Notes: generated by a model not told the origin, from the letters alone. Shown: positions 1 through 8,366, counted from the stretch's first letter. The stretch: 61,084 bases of DNA from a virus (IMGVR_UViG_3300032516_003835:1-61084); one strand, 5' to 3'. A program made the numbers and translations.

Positions 1-141
1 CCCAACCCTCGGCGTCGTCAGCGCGCGGCCGGACGTCGAACGGCATGGCGGACATGACGGCCGGCCAGAGAGCGTCCGTGGCGGTTACCTCCCATCCGGG
101 CGGCCGGGGAGGAGCGCGAGGCCCCTCCCCGACTTAGCGGG
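1..141. repeat. Terminal direct repeat, left copy (circular-assembly overlap)
   Basis: 1-141 is identical to 60944-61084 except C127 vs G61070. Gene order runs on across the junction (capsid decoration gene, then FemAB-like gene). Confidence 0.95.
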
Positions 142-146
142 TTGTG

Positions 147-620
147 TTAAGTCGAGAACGTGGCTTCCGGCAGCTTGAAGGCATGGACCTGGATATCGCC
201 GAATCCGGCCGTCAGTGCGGCGCCGGTGGAGTTGCACAGAGACGAGCAGGAGACCGTCATCATGACGTCGAGGTAGTTCTCGCCGAGGGTCACCAGGCCG
301 GAGGACGTCGCGGCGATACCGAACCTGGCCATGTCGAACGGCCCGAAGAGCCAGTGGGACGCCCCCGAGGAACAGGTCTGGATCAGGAACGTCTCGCTGC
401 CGATACCCGAGCGCCAGAAATCGCCGGGCTGGACGGTCAGCCTCATGTAGCGAGCCTCGGCGACCTCGGAGGAGGCCACCCAACAAACCATGAACGCGAC
501 TCGGTCGTTGAGGTCGTACTCGAATGCGAAGCCGGAAGACGTGGTGAAGACGATGAAGCCCGTGGATTTGACATTGCTATCGCGCAGCATCTGCGCGACA
601 GAGACAGCCTGCACAGCCAT
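147..620 (-). CDS. Putative capsid decoration/cement protein
   Basis: Directly downstream of the major capsid gene; SD GAGGTGA precedes ATG 620; Ser/Thr-rich; GPF motif shared with 57532..57948. Confidence 0.55.
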   Translation of the reverse strand: MAVQAVSVAQMLRDSNVKSTGFIVFTTSSGFAFEYDLNDRVAFMVCWVASSEVAEARYMRLTVQPGDFWRSGIGSETFLIQTCSSGASHWLFGPFDMARFGIAATSSGLVTLGENYLDVMMTVSCSSLCNSTGAALTAGFGDIQVHAFKLPEATFST

Positions 621-660
621 GCGGATCACCTCATAAGGAGCGGAACTCTGGAGCGGGAGC

Positions 661-1518
661 CTAGATGTTAATCTCCGTGGTGTAGACCGCGGTCATGCTG
701 ACCAGCTGACGCGGATCCATGACCTTGGCCCCGTAGACCAGCAGGCCCCTGACAACGTCGGAGAAGTTGTCGTGGGAGCGGTAAGCCTCATTCTCCAAGA
801 CCTGCTGGGCGAACGTGAGGGCGGGTTTGCGGCCGAACAGACAGTAGCTCGTATAGTCCGGCGCGGTGCCCGTGGTCACGACGTTGTTGCTCATGTAGAA
901 ATCCATCCCCAGGGTAGGCATGCTGCCGATGTAGCCGGTCTTGATGATGTCGACGTTGTCGGTCTTCTTCAGGATGTTGGCCAGAGTCAGGCTGAGTGCG
1001 AACCAGGGCGGGACGACGCCCCAGCGACCCTCATTCGGGACGTTGTTCTCGTTCATCAACTGGGCGACGTAGCCGATCAGGCCGATCACGTTGCCTGAGT
1101 TGACGGCGGTCGAGCCGTGGGACGTGATGCTCGCTCCGGCCTGGGTGTAGAGGTTGGCGACGTAACTGTCGATGACATGCCCGAGCCCGAAGGCGGCTCG
1201 GTCGGCCGCTTGTTCGAGGAGGTTCGGCGTTGACTGGACCTTGTCCACGTCCTCAACCCCAAAGGCGTAGTAGTGGCCCTGGTCAACGGTCAAGACGGTC
1301 TGGACGGACTTCAGGTGCTCCACGGTGATCGTGGTCTTGCCCGGAGCATAGGGACTGATCGTGATGTCGCCGATCTGGTTAACGTGGACCGTGTTGCCCT
1401 GGGCCGTGATCTCGCCCTCGTAGTCCGTGTTACAGAGGGCCTTAAAGACCAGGGCATCATCGAGATGTTCCATGAGACGGGCATCCCAGAGTTCCGGTAC
1501 GAAGTTCTTGGTGGACAT
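661..1518 (-). CDS. Major capsid protein (P22 coat gp5-like family, HK97 fold)
   Basis: N-terminal NFVPELW..RL, NTDYEGEI..GNTVHV and C-terminal F.D.VRGLLVYGAKV motifs; follows the scaffold gene. Confidence 0.9.
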   Translation of the reverse strand: MSTKNFVPELWDARLMEHLDDALVFKALCNTDYEGEITAQGNTVHVNQIGDITISPYAPGKTTITVEHLKSVQTVLTVDQGHYYAFGVEDVDKVQSTPNLLEQAADRAAFGLGHVIDSYVANLYTQAGASITSHGSTAVNSGNVIGLIGYVAQLMNENNVPNEGRWGVVPPWFALSLTLANILKKTDNVDIIKTGYIGSMPTLGMDFYMSNNVVTTGTAPDYTSYCLFGRKPALTFAQQVLENEAYRSHDNFSDVVRGLLVYGAKVMDPRQLVSMTAVYTTEINI

Positions 1519-1590
1519 TGGGAATCACACCCCTTGGAATCGAGAAGGCCCCGAATATCGGGGCCGGGCGAAGCGGGGCTGGCGGGTAGG

Positions 1591-2307
1591 CTAAGTCTTG
1601 CCGGCGAGGATGCCGTCGAGGTTGCCGGCTTTGTACTCCTTGTTGATCTGGTCCCTGGGCATCTTCTTGAGGGCCTCGCGGGTGATCGCCGTGCCCGTGT
1701 CCTTCGTGGGCGGCGGCGGTTTGGTTCCATCGGTCTTGAACCGGGCGTCCACGGCCTTGCCCAGGGCGCCCGCGAAGGCCTCCTCGAGGCGGCGCAGGTT
1801 GGCGTCCGTTGTCTCCTCGTCATGGCCGATCAGGTGATCGACGAGAGTCGACAATTCCGCCGGCAACGCCTTCTGCCCGATGTAGCCAAGGGCGCGGGTT
1901 TTGAGGGCCTCGCGGGCCCGGGCCGCTTTCTCGTTCACGAGTTCCTGCTCGATGGCCTCAATCCGCCTCTCGGGCTCGCTCTTGGGCGGGTTCAGCTTGA
2001 CGACTTCGGCCTGGACGAGGCCCGGCAAGGTCTTCTGCCGGTAGGTCTCCACGGCGTCGGTTACGCGCTTATCGGTCAGAGACTGGGCGAGCTTCTTGCC
2101 CTCGTCCGCGCTCTCCAGCCACCCTCTGACTCCGTCGGGCGTCATGAGTGCGGCTACGAGGGTCTGGGTTTCGGGCTTGTCCCTGCCGTCGGCGAGGAAC
2201 TTCTTGACCCCGTCAGCGGTTACCGGAACCAGGCTCGCGAGATGGGCCTGGACCTCCGGGTCGGCCTGGTGCTGTTCAAGCAACGCCTTAACCTCGGCTA
2301 GCGACAT
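1591..2307 (-). CDS. Capsid scaffolding protein (DUF4355-like)
   Basis: Charged helical protein with DKRVTDAVETY and a C-terminal ITREALKKMP motif, directly upstream of the capsid gene. Confidence 0.8.
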   Translation of the reverse strand: MSLAEVKALLEQHQADPEVQAHLASLVPVTADGVKKFLADGRDKPETQTLVAALMTPDGVRGWLESADEGKKLAQSLTDKRVTDAVETYRQKTLPGLVQAEVVKLNPPKSEPERRIEAIEQELVNEKAARAREALKTRALGYIGQKALPAELSTLVDHLIGHDEETTDANLRRLEEAFAGALGKAVDARFKTDGTKPPPPTKDTGTAITREALKKMPRDQINKEYKAGNLDGILAGKT

Positions 2308-2357
2308 GCGAGGCACTCTCCTCTGCCCTCCCCGGTGCGAGCCCGGGAAGTGCGTGG

Positions 2358-3650
2358 TTAGCGGATGCGGAACGAGCCGTCGAGGACCGGGACCCGGAGG
2401 GCCTCCGTTTCCCTACCCTCGAACTCTTTCAAGATAGCGAAAACTTTCCGGTAGACATAGAGGAGGAACTCGACCTCGTCGTCCCCATGAGCGTACTGCA
2501 TCGAGTGCTGCCCGAGGCAGAGGACGCCGCGGGCGAAAACCTCCTGGAGATAGAGCGTCTTCTGGGCCTGGTCACGGAACCGCAGGAACGACCAGGCGGG
2601 ATGCCCGGTGCAAGAAAGGTCGAGTTCGAGGCGCCCCGCGATCTCATTTGCGCCGACCAGGAGTTTGCGGCCGAACTCGGCGAGACGGTCCGGGACTTTC
2701 TCCCTCCGCAGCTTCAGCAGGGTGGCCTCCGCAGCCGCCAGGGAGAGGGTCTCGCCCGAGTAGGTGAACGAGCAGTGAACCCGCTCCATGAGGCTCATCA
2801 CGTCGTGCCGGCCGACAAGGGCGCTCAGCGGGTAGCCGTTGGCCAGGCCCTTGCCGAACGTCGCCAGGTCGGGCTCGACGCCGAAATGCTCCTGAGCCCC
2901 GCCCAACCCGAACCGGAAGCCGGTGATGACCTCGTCGAAGATCAGCAGGGCCCCGTTCTCGTGGCAGAGATCCCGGACACCCTCCAGGAAACCGGCCTCG
3001 GGATAAGCATGGTTCATCGGCTCCATAATGACGCAGGCTACCTGAGCCGGCCGGGCTTCGAAGATGCGCTCCAGGCTGGGCAGGTCGTTGTAGCGGAAGG
3101 CGTGCGTCAGATCCCTGACGGCCTGGGGAACTCCCAGGTTCCGGCCGCTGACTCCGACGGACCAATCCTGCCACCCATGGTACCCACAGGTAGCGACATG
3201 GTCTCTCCCCGTGTAGGCGCGGGCCAGGCGGATGGCCATGGAGGTGGCGTCAGAGCCATTTTTGCCGAAGCGGACGGACGCGGCGCAGGGAATCATCTCG
3301 ATCAGGAGCTCGGCGACCCGGATTTCCACCGGATGGGGCAGGCCGAAGAGGACTCCCGCCTTGCGCTGGGCATCGACCGCGGCCTCTACGTCCGGATCCC
3401 GGTAGCCGAGGAGGACGGCGGTCAGGACCGAGCCGAAGTCCAGGAACTCGTTCCCGTCAACGTCCCAGACCCGACAACCCTCGCCGCGCTCCAGGTACAG
3501 AGGGGAGACGCCGGGCGGGTAGGTAGTCCGCGACTTCGAGAATGTCCCCGTCCCGCCGGGGATGACGTCGAGGGCGCGGGCGAGCAGGGCCTCGGAGCGG
3601 GCGAAGCGGGTGTCTGCGCCAAGAAGCGCCTTCACGCCAGTGGCGAGCAT
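2358..3650 (-). CDS. Class III PLP-dependent aminotransferase (GSA-aminomutase-like, sugar-cluster type)
   Basis: G.RVWDVDGNEFLD, RFGKNGSDA, GYHGWQDW, LIFDEVITGFR, PDLATFGKGLANGYP (PLP lysine). Confidence 0.9.
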   Translation of the reverse strand: MLATGVKALLGADTRFARSEALLARALDVIPGGTGTFSKSRTTYPPGVSPLYLERGEGCRVWDVDGNEFLDFGSVLTAVLLGYRDPDVEAAVDAQRKAGVLFGLPHPVEIRVAELLIEMIPCAASVRFGKNGSDATSMAIRLARAYTGRDHVATCGYHGWQDWSVGVSGRNLGVPQAVRDLTHAFRYNDLPSLERIFEARPAQVACVIMEPMNHAYPEAGFLEGVRDLCHENGALLIFDEVITGFRFGLGGAQEHFGVEPDLATFGKGLANGYPLSALVGRHDVMSLMERVHCSFTYSGETLSLAAAEATLLKLRREKVPDRLAEFGRKLLVGANEIAGRLELDLSCTGHPAWSFLRFRDQAQKTLYLQEVFARGVLCLGQHSMQYAHGDDEVEFLLYVYRKVFAILKEFEGRETEALRVPVLDGSFRIR

Positions 3651-3847
3651 GCGGGAACCTCCTTCGTTTCGTGGAGGACGCAACCGAAGCTAGGATGGAC
3701 CCAACCGAAAGGCCACCATCCGCCCCCGGGCGGGTTCTTGGCGCACCATTTGAAGCCGACCTTGATGAGCAACTCAGTGAAAAAGGAAGGGGCCTCCGGG
3801 GACTCGACGTCACCCCAGAACTTGCAGACCTTGCACCTACCGTCCAC
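3632..3847 (-). CDS. Small Cys-containing hypothetical protein
   Basis: GTG start overlapping the upstream gene; CKVCKFW..C..FGCVLHE pattern. Confidence 0.55.
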   Translation of the reverse strand: MDGRCKVCKFWGDVESPEAPSFFTELLIKVGFKWCAKNPPGGGWWPFGWVHPSFGCVLHETKEVPACSPLA

Positions 3848-4535
3848 GCTGCGCCTCCCACTCCAGGATGTCCTCCATCCCGAACTCAGGCTTCGCCGGG
3901 TAGAGCGCCTCGAAGATGGCCCTGACCCGCTCGTAGTCCTCGGTCGTATCCACCGACCACTTGCGGGCCGAGAGGTCGGGCCCATGGCCGCAGTAGGTGA
4001 TCTCGTAGCGCTCCGGCTGCCGGCGCATGTAGCGAGTAACGTGCTCTCGGTCCTGCGGCCCGAATGTCCAGGTGTTGGCCTCGGCCAAAGCGGAACCCGT
4101 GAATGCCTCGACGTCGAAACCGTCCGGGTAGCCCGCCCCGGCCTGACCCGTATTGACGGTCAGGTCCGCCCCGAAGCGCAGATGATCCCCGATTACCAGG
4201 TCGATGACCTCCGGGTCAGACAGCGGGCAGTCGCCGGTGAGACGAACGATAGTGTCGGCCTTCCCGCTACCGTGGATGCGATGGGCCTCGCTAAACCGCC
4301 GGAGCACGTCGTCTCGCGGCCCCAGGCAGTAGGCCACCCCGAGCCGCTCGCAGAGGTCGGCAATGGCCTGGTCCTCGGGTTCCCCGGTCGTCGCGACGAC
4401 AAGCTTGTCGATAAGTTTGCTGCGGCGGACCCGCTCGATCTGCCGGGCCAGCATCGGTTCACCCAGGAGTGGGAGAAGGGCCTTGCCGGGCAGGCGGGTC
4501 GAGGCCATGCGGGCCTGGATGATGGCGAGGATCAT
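3837..4535 (-). CDS. spsF: Acylneuraminate-type cytidylyltransferase (SpsF/PseF/NeuA family)
   Basis: IIQARMASTRLPGK.L, DVL.RF, IVRLTGDCPL, REHVT.Y and SVDT.ED motifs. Confidence 0.9.
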   Translation of the reverse strand: MILAIIQARMASTRLPGKALLPLLGEPMLARQIERVRRSKLIDKLVVATTGEPEDQAIADLCERLGVAYCLGPRDDVLRRFSEAHRIHGSGKADTIVRLTGDCPLSDPEVIDLVIGDHLRFGADLTVNTGQAGAGYPDGFDVEAFTGSALAEANTWTFGPQDREHVTRYMRRQPERYEITYCGHGPDLSARKWSVDTTEDYERVRAIFEALYPAKPEFGMEDILEWEAQRGR

Positions 4536-4747
4536 CCGCAGACCCTCCCTGCGACCCACTCCCAGAGTTCGGCGAGGGCCGCCCCGCCCAGGAGGCAGCA
4601 CAGTGCGAGGGCGAGAAAGCCCGCCACTCCCGCCAGGCACCACGCCGCAAAGAGTAGGAAATGCCCGCTCTCCAATCCCAGCGCGAGAATGAGGAGGAGC
4701 AGGCCGAGGGCGAACCACCGAGTCAGCGTGGTGTCCGGCGAGGGCAT
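4532..4747 (-). CDS. Small membrane protein
   Basis: Two hydrophobic segments; start and stop overlap both neighbours. Confidence 0.55.
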   Translation of the reverse strand: MPSPDTTLTRWFALGLLLLILALGLESGHFLLFAAWCLAGVAGFLALALCCLLGGAALAELWEWVAGRVCG

Positions 4748-5541
4748 CACGCGAGCCACCTCCTGGGATCGAGCAAGACCTCGTCCACCGTCGGAAGGTC
4801 CGGCTCCCAATCCAGAGGCTCGACCGCGAGGACCTCCGCGAGCTGCGCGGCTGAGTTGACACCGACTACGGCGAGGTCGATGAAGTCGAGGCCCAGGACG
4901 TAGCCCAGTGCCCCCTGAAGTGGGGTCAGCCCCCGCCTGGCGCAGGCCCGGCGGAAGGCGCCCAGGGGCGCGGCCAAGCCCGCCAGGTGCGCGGGTAGTT
5001 CGGCGGGCGCCATGAGCAAGGATCCCTGCAGGAACACGCTCCGGGCCTGGATCTCGATTCCCCTGCCATGGATCTCGCGGAGGAGGTCGACGAGGCGGCG
5101 GTCAAGCATGCTTACCGGGGCCTGGATGACGTCGGGCTGGGGTAGGAGATCCATCGCCCGGCGGACGTCGGCCTCGGTGTAGCAGCTGACGCCGATCTTG
5201 TCTGCCCAACCGGCGGCGCGGAACCGGACCAATTCCGGCCAGGCGTCGAGGTTCTCTGGGTCGTGGAGCAGGATCGCATGGAGACTCCGGGTCCGGAGCT
5301 CCGTAAGGGTGTGGTAGGCGTCTCGGCCATCGGCGGTCTTTGTCGTGAGCCGGAACAGGCCGGGCGACATGTAGCGGCCGAGGAGACGTTGGCAGCCGTA
5401 GGCCGGGGCCGTGTCAATGTGGGCGATCCGGCCCTCGGCGGCGGCGATGATGGCGGCGACCTCGGACTCGGCCGGCCGGCCGTCGTTCGCGACGCCGTAT
5501 TCGGCGACGAAAGAAGCGGTGCCAAGGGACAGTGAAACCAT
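4747..5541 (-). CDS. Aldo/keto reductase
   Basis: LSLGTA.F...YG, IDTAPAYG, TTK, LLH, KIGVS.Y, EIQARSVFLQG, VVGVNS..QL; SD AGGAGG before ATG 5541. Confidence 0.9.
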   Translation of the reverse strand: MVSLSLGTASFVAEYGVANDGRPAESEVAAIIAAAEGRIAHIDTAPAYGCQRLLGRYMSPGLFRLTTKTADGRDAYHTLTELRTRSLHAILLHDPENLDAWPELVRFRAAGWADKIGVSCYTEADVRRAMDLLPQPDVIQAPVSMLDRRLVDLLREIHGRGIEIQARSVFLQGSLLMAPAELPAHLAGLAAPLGAFRRACARRGLTPLQGALGYVLGLDFIDLAVVGVNSAAQLAEVLAVEPLDWEPDLPTVDEVLLDPRRWLA

Positions 5542-5555
5542 GGGGCAACCTCCTA

Positions 5556-5759
5556 TCAGGCAGGACGGGGCGCGGTCATGCAACTCGTGTAGGTTCTGGG
5601 CGGCATCCGAACCTCAATGGCCCGGACGTAGTCCTCAAAGGTCATGCCCAGCAGGTCGAGGGCCTCGGCGAGTCTCGGATTCTCCTCGAAGTAGCCTTCG
5701 GCAATCTCCCGAGCGGTCGGGAACTCACCTGGGACGGTATTACAAAGAGGGACGATGAC
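5556..5759 (-). CDS. Small hypothetical protein (start uncertain)
   Basis: 3' half of ORF 5556..5936 looks protein-like; strong SD GAGGGAGG at 5767-5774 is followed by GTC/ATC, not a canonical start. Confidence 0.4.
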   Translation of the reverse strand, partial: VIVPLCNTVPGEFPTAREIAEGYFEENPRLAEALDLLGMTFEDYVRAIEVRMPPRTYTSCMTAPRPA

Positions 5760-5938
5760 CCTGGAGCCTCCCTCGTGAAAAAAGACCGCTTCCTGGACAG
5801 GACCTGACTGCGGGGGCCCGGAATCTGGGGTGACGGAGAGCGCCGGGTCCCCCCTATCGTCCCGATCCGCCCAACAATGAAGCACCCCCGGAGATAACGG
5901 CTCCGAGGGTGCGGATGGAGGGGAGGGAGAACCCACCC

Positions 5939-6046
5939 ATGCTAGCCTACGTTCTATGGGGCCTGCTTCTGGCCCTAGCTGTGAAAATCCTTCTATCCCT
6001 GAAGGACATCGACATCCATGGCCGCGTCAAGCTTCGACTGAAGTAG
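5939..6046 (+). CDS. 35-aa hydrophobic peptide, type I toxin-like
   Basis: SD GGAGGGGAGGGAG, ATG 5939, MLAYVLWGLLLALAVKILLSLKDIDIHGRVKLRLK*, TAG 6044-6046. One TM helix plus a basic tail, flanked by a 14-bp long-range inverted repeat. Confidence 0.6.
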   Translation: MLAYVLWGLLLALAVKILLSLKDIDIHGRVKLRLK

Positions 6047-6088
6047 CGTGACCGGGCCCGGCGCTCTCCGGGTCGTCCACGCATGGCC

Positions 6089-6481
6089 TCAATCTCTTCC
6101 CGCCCCAACTGCCTGCGGCGCGGGCAAGGGAGGTCGTGTCATCGGGTCTCCCAGTGCCTCATAGGTCTGCTCGAAGATGTCGGGTTCGCAGAAGTCGCGC
6201 TTGCCGTTGGCGTTCCTAATGATGTAAGCGCCGACGTTGACCCGACGCCATCCGTTATCGGCAGTCTCAATGATTAGTGCTTCCACGGGACGGGGAGTCT
6301 CGCGTAAACCGCCGCTCCGAATGGCGGCGACCAATCCTCCCATGGTGTCATCCCAAGGCTCCCGCGGAGCACTCCGCACTAACATGCCGTCAAGCGCGGC
6401 GGCTAGATAGACGGCGTTTTCTTCGGTCAACCGGATGGCCTCGACCTCAGTGGGACGCCTGCGGATCCGTAGCCAATTCAC
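6089..6481 (-). CDS. Conserved phage hypothetical protein
   Basis: RPTEVEAI...G.YII.....G....C.PDIFEQTYE pattern common in phages; GTGA overlap with the neuB stop. Confidence 0.65.
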   Translation of the reverse strand: MNWLRIRRRPTEVEAIRLTEENAVYLAAALDGMLVRSAPREPWDDTMGGLVAAIRSGGLRETPRPVEALIIETADNGWRRVNVGAYIIRNANGKRDFCEPDIFEQTYEALGDPMTRPPLPAPQAVGAGRD

Positions 6482-7383
6482 TTCGGACACGGTCTCAATC
6501 TCCTTCCTCCCCAATCCGCGCGCCGGGCGATGACTCGCCAGTCGCGCTCGTTCTCCTCTACGCGCTTGACCCCGTCGCCGAGGGCGAGTTCCAGTTGGCG
6601 AACCTCATCCACCATGACCTGAAAGTCGGCGGACTCCAGGGCGAAGTGATGGTCAGGACCGGGACGCTCGGGGTTGTCTGTGAAGTGCTTTTCGATGACC
6701 TTCGCGCCCAAGGCTACCGCGCCGAGAACGTCGAGAGAGCCGGGCGCGTGGCTGCTGAAACCGAGGACGGCCTTGGGAAGCGCCTCCGCGTAGGTCTGAA
6801 GCACCTTCAGGTTCAGGTGACGGTAGGCGTCGGGGCTGCCGTCGTAGTTGAGGTTGCACTGCATGAGAACATGCGGGACTCCCTCATCGGCCAGGATGCC
6901 CGCCACGCACTGGACCTCGTGCGCGGTGGCGGCCCCGGTCGAGACGATGAGGGGCTTCCCCTTCCGGGCGAGGTAGCCCAGGAAGCCGAGCTCGACAAGG
7001 TCGCCGGAACCGACCTTGTAGGCGTGGACGTAGGGTTCCAGGGCGTCCGCCGCCGCTTCGTCGTAGGGCGTCGAGAGGAAATCGACTCCGGCCTGTTTGC
7101 AGACTCCGGACAGTGTCGGAATCCAGTCGAGCGGCGTCTCGGCCTTCTCGTAGACCTCGTAAAGCTCAGGCCGGCCGATAGAGGCGAACCCTTCCCGGCT
7201 GGCCAGGGTTTCGGCCTTGAAGTGCTGGAACTTGACGGCGTTCGCGCCGGCGATGGCCGCCAAGCGAATGAGATCCGAGGCGCGGTTAAGGACACCGTTG
7301 TGATTCGCTCCGATGTCGGCGATGAAGTAGACGGGGTAGCCGGGGCCGACACGGTGAAGCCGGGAGAGTTGAACCTCGGTCAC
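6478..7383 (-). CDS. neuB: Nonulosonic acid synthase (NeuB/PseI/SpsE family), no C-terminal SAF domain
   Basis: YFIADIGANHNG, GANAVKFQ, FLSTPYD, YKVGSGD, KPLIVSTG, GAKVIEKHFT, GPDHHFALE; GTG 7383 overlaps the pseB stop. Confidence 0.9.
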   Translation of the reverse strand: MTEVQLSRLHRVGPGYPVYFIADIGANHNGVLNRASDLIRLAAIAGANAVKFQHFKAETLASREGFASIGRPELYEVYEKAETPLDWIPTLSGVCKQAGVDFLSTPYDEAAADALEPYVHAYKVGSGDLVELGFLGYLARKGKPLIVSTGAATAHEVQCVAGILADEGVPHVLMQCNLNYDGSPDAYRHLNLKVLQTYAEALPKAVLGFSSHAPGSLDVLGAVALGAKVIEKHFTDNPERPGPDHHFALESADFQVMVDEVRQLELALGDGVKRVEENERDWRVIARRADWGGRRLRPCPK

Positions 7384-8366
7384 GAAACCATCCTCCTTAC
7401 CTCTTCGGCTGTCATGAGGTTCTCGGGCGAGTCGCTTGTGTAGCGCCAGCCGGGGGGCCGGATCTCCGGACGATCGGCGGTCGCCTTGGGCCCGTATCCC
7501 ACGACATGCCACGGGAACTGCGGCTCGATGACGTAGCGGGAGCCCCGGTCTGTCGTCCGCCGGGCCTCCTCCTCCGAGATCAGGCACTCGTGGAGCTTCT
7601 CGCCGGGCCGAATGCCGGTAACCCTGACCCAGGCCGCCGGCGCCACGACCCGGGCCAGGTCGGCGACAAAGCAGGACCGGAGTTTGGGGACGAATATCTC
7701 ACCGCCCTCGCCACTGAAGAGGGCCCCCAGAACAGCCGCGGCGGCGTCCGCCGGCGTCAACCAGAACCGGGTCATGCCCTCCGCCGTGAGGGTGACCTGC
7801 CCATCCGCGGCGGCCTGCCTCCGCCAGAGTTCCACGACCGATCCACGGCTCCCGAAGACATTGCCATAGCGAATGACACTGAAGCGCGTCCGGCGGTCTC
7901 CCGCGTAGGCGTTCGCCCCGATGAAAAGACGCTCGGCGCAAGCCTTGGTCGTCCCGTAGAGGTTTGCCGGCTCGACGGCCTTGTCTGTGCTCACGGCCAC
8001 CACCCGGCGCACATCCCGCTCCAGGGCGGCCTCGATCACGTTCTCGGCTCCGAAAACATTCGTCCGAACGGCCTCGAAGGAGTCGTACTCACAGGCTTCG
8101 ATCCGCTTCATGGCCGCCGCGTGGATGACGTAGTCCACTCCCCGGAAGGCCATGAGGAGGCGGTCCTTGTCGCGGACGTCGCCCAGGAAGAAGCGTAGGC
8201 GGTCGTCATCCTCGAACTCGGCTCTCATCTGGGCTTGCTTGTACTCATCGCGCGAGAGGATGACGATCCGGGCCGGGCAGTCTTCGCGGGGCAGGAGCTC
8301 CCGGACGAGGGCGTGACCCAGGGTGCCGGTGCCGCCGGTAATGAGCAGGGTCTTGTCGGTGAGCAT
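7380..8366 (-). CDS. pseB: UDP-N-acetylglucosamine 4,6-dehydratase (PseB/FlaA1-like)
   Basis: LITGGTGTLG, SRDEYKQ, RFFLGDVRD, HAAAMK, STDKA..P.NLYG.TK, RYGNVFGSRGSV, MTRFW, GIRPGEKLHE. Confidence 0.92.
   Translation of the reverse strand: MLTDKTLLITGGTGTLGHALVRELLPREDCPARIVILSRDEYKQAQMRAEFEDDDRLRFFLGDVRDKDRLLMAFRGVDYVIHAAAMKRIEACEYDSFEAVRTNVFGAENVIEAALERDVRRVVAVSTDKAVEPANLYGTTKACAERLFIGANAYAGDRRTRFSVIRYGNVFGSRGSVVELWRRQAAADGQVTLTAEGMTRFWLTPADAAAAVLGALFSGEGGEIFVPKLRSCFVADLARVVAPAAWVRVTGIRPGEKLHECLISEEEARRTTDRGSRYVIEPQFPWHVVGYGPKATADRPEIRPPGWRYTSDSPENLMTAEEVRRMVS

Noticed and set aside
1-141. Physical terminal repeat of the virion DNA
   Set aside because: It cuts into a gene start in mid-operon, and 141 bp equals a common assembler k-mer size, so a circular overlap is more likely.
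2358-3650. hemL (tetrapyrrole synthesis) as an auxiliary metabolic gene
   Set aside because: No other hem genes; the KNGSDA/YHGWQDW variant and the neighbouring spsF/reductase/neuB genes point to sugar modification.
2487-4859. 790-aa plus-strand ORF and many other long antisense ORFs (e.g. 6277..7443, 24123..25214, 33618..34751)
   Set aside because: Shadow frames of well-supported minus-strand genes in GC-rich DNA; no recognisable motifs.
2358-8366. Host chromosomal glycan locus mis-assembled into the phage
   Set aside because: The genes are interleaved with typical phage ORFs, split in two blocks around the capsid genes and coupled by overlaps. Read coverage should still be checked.
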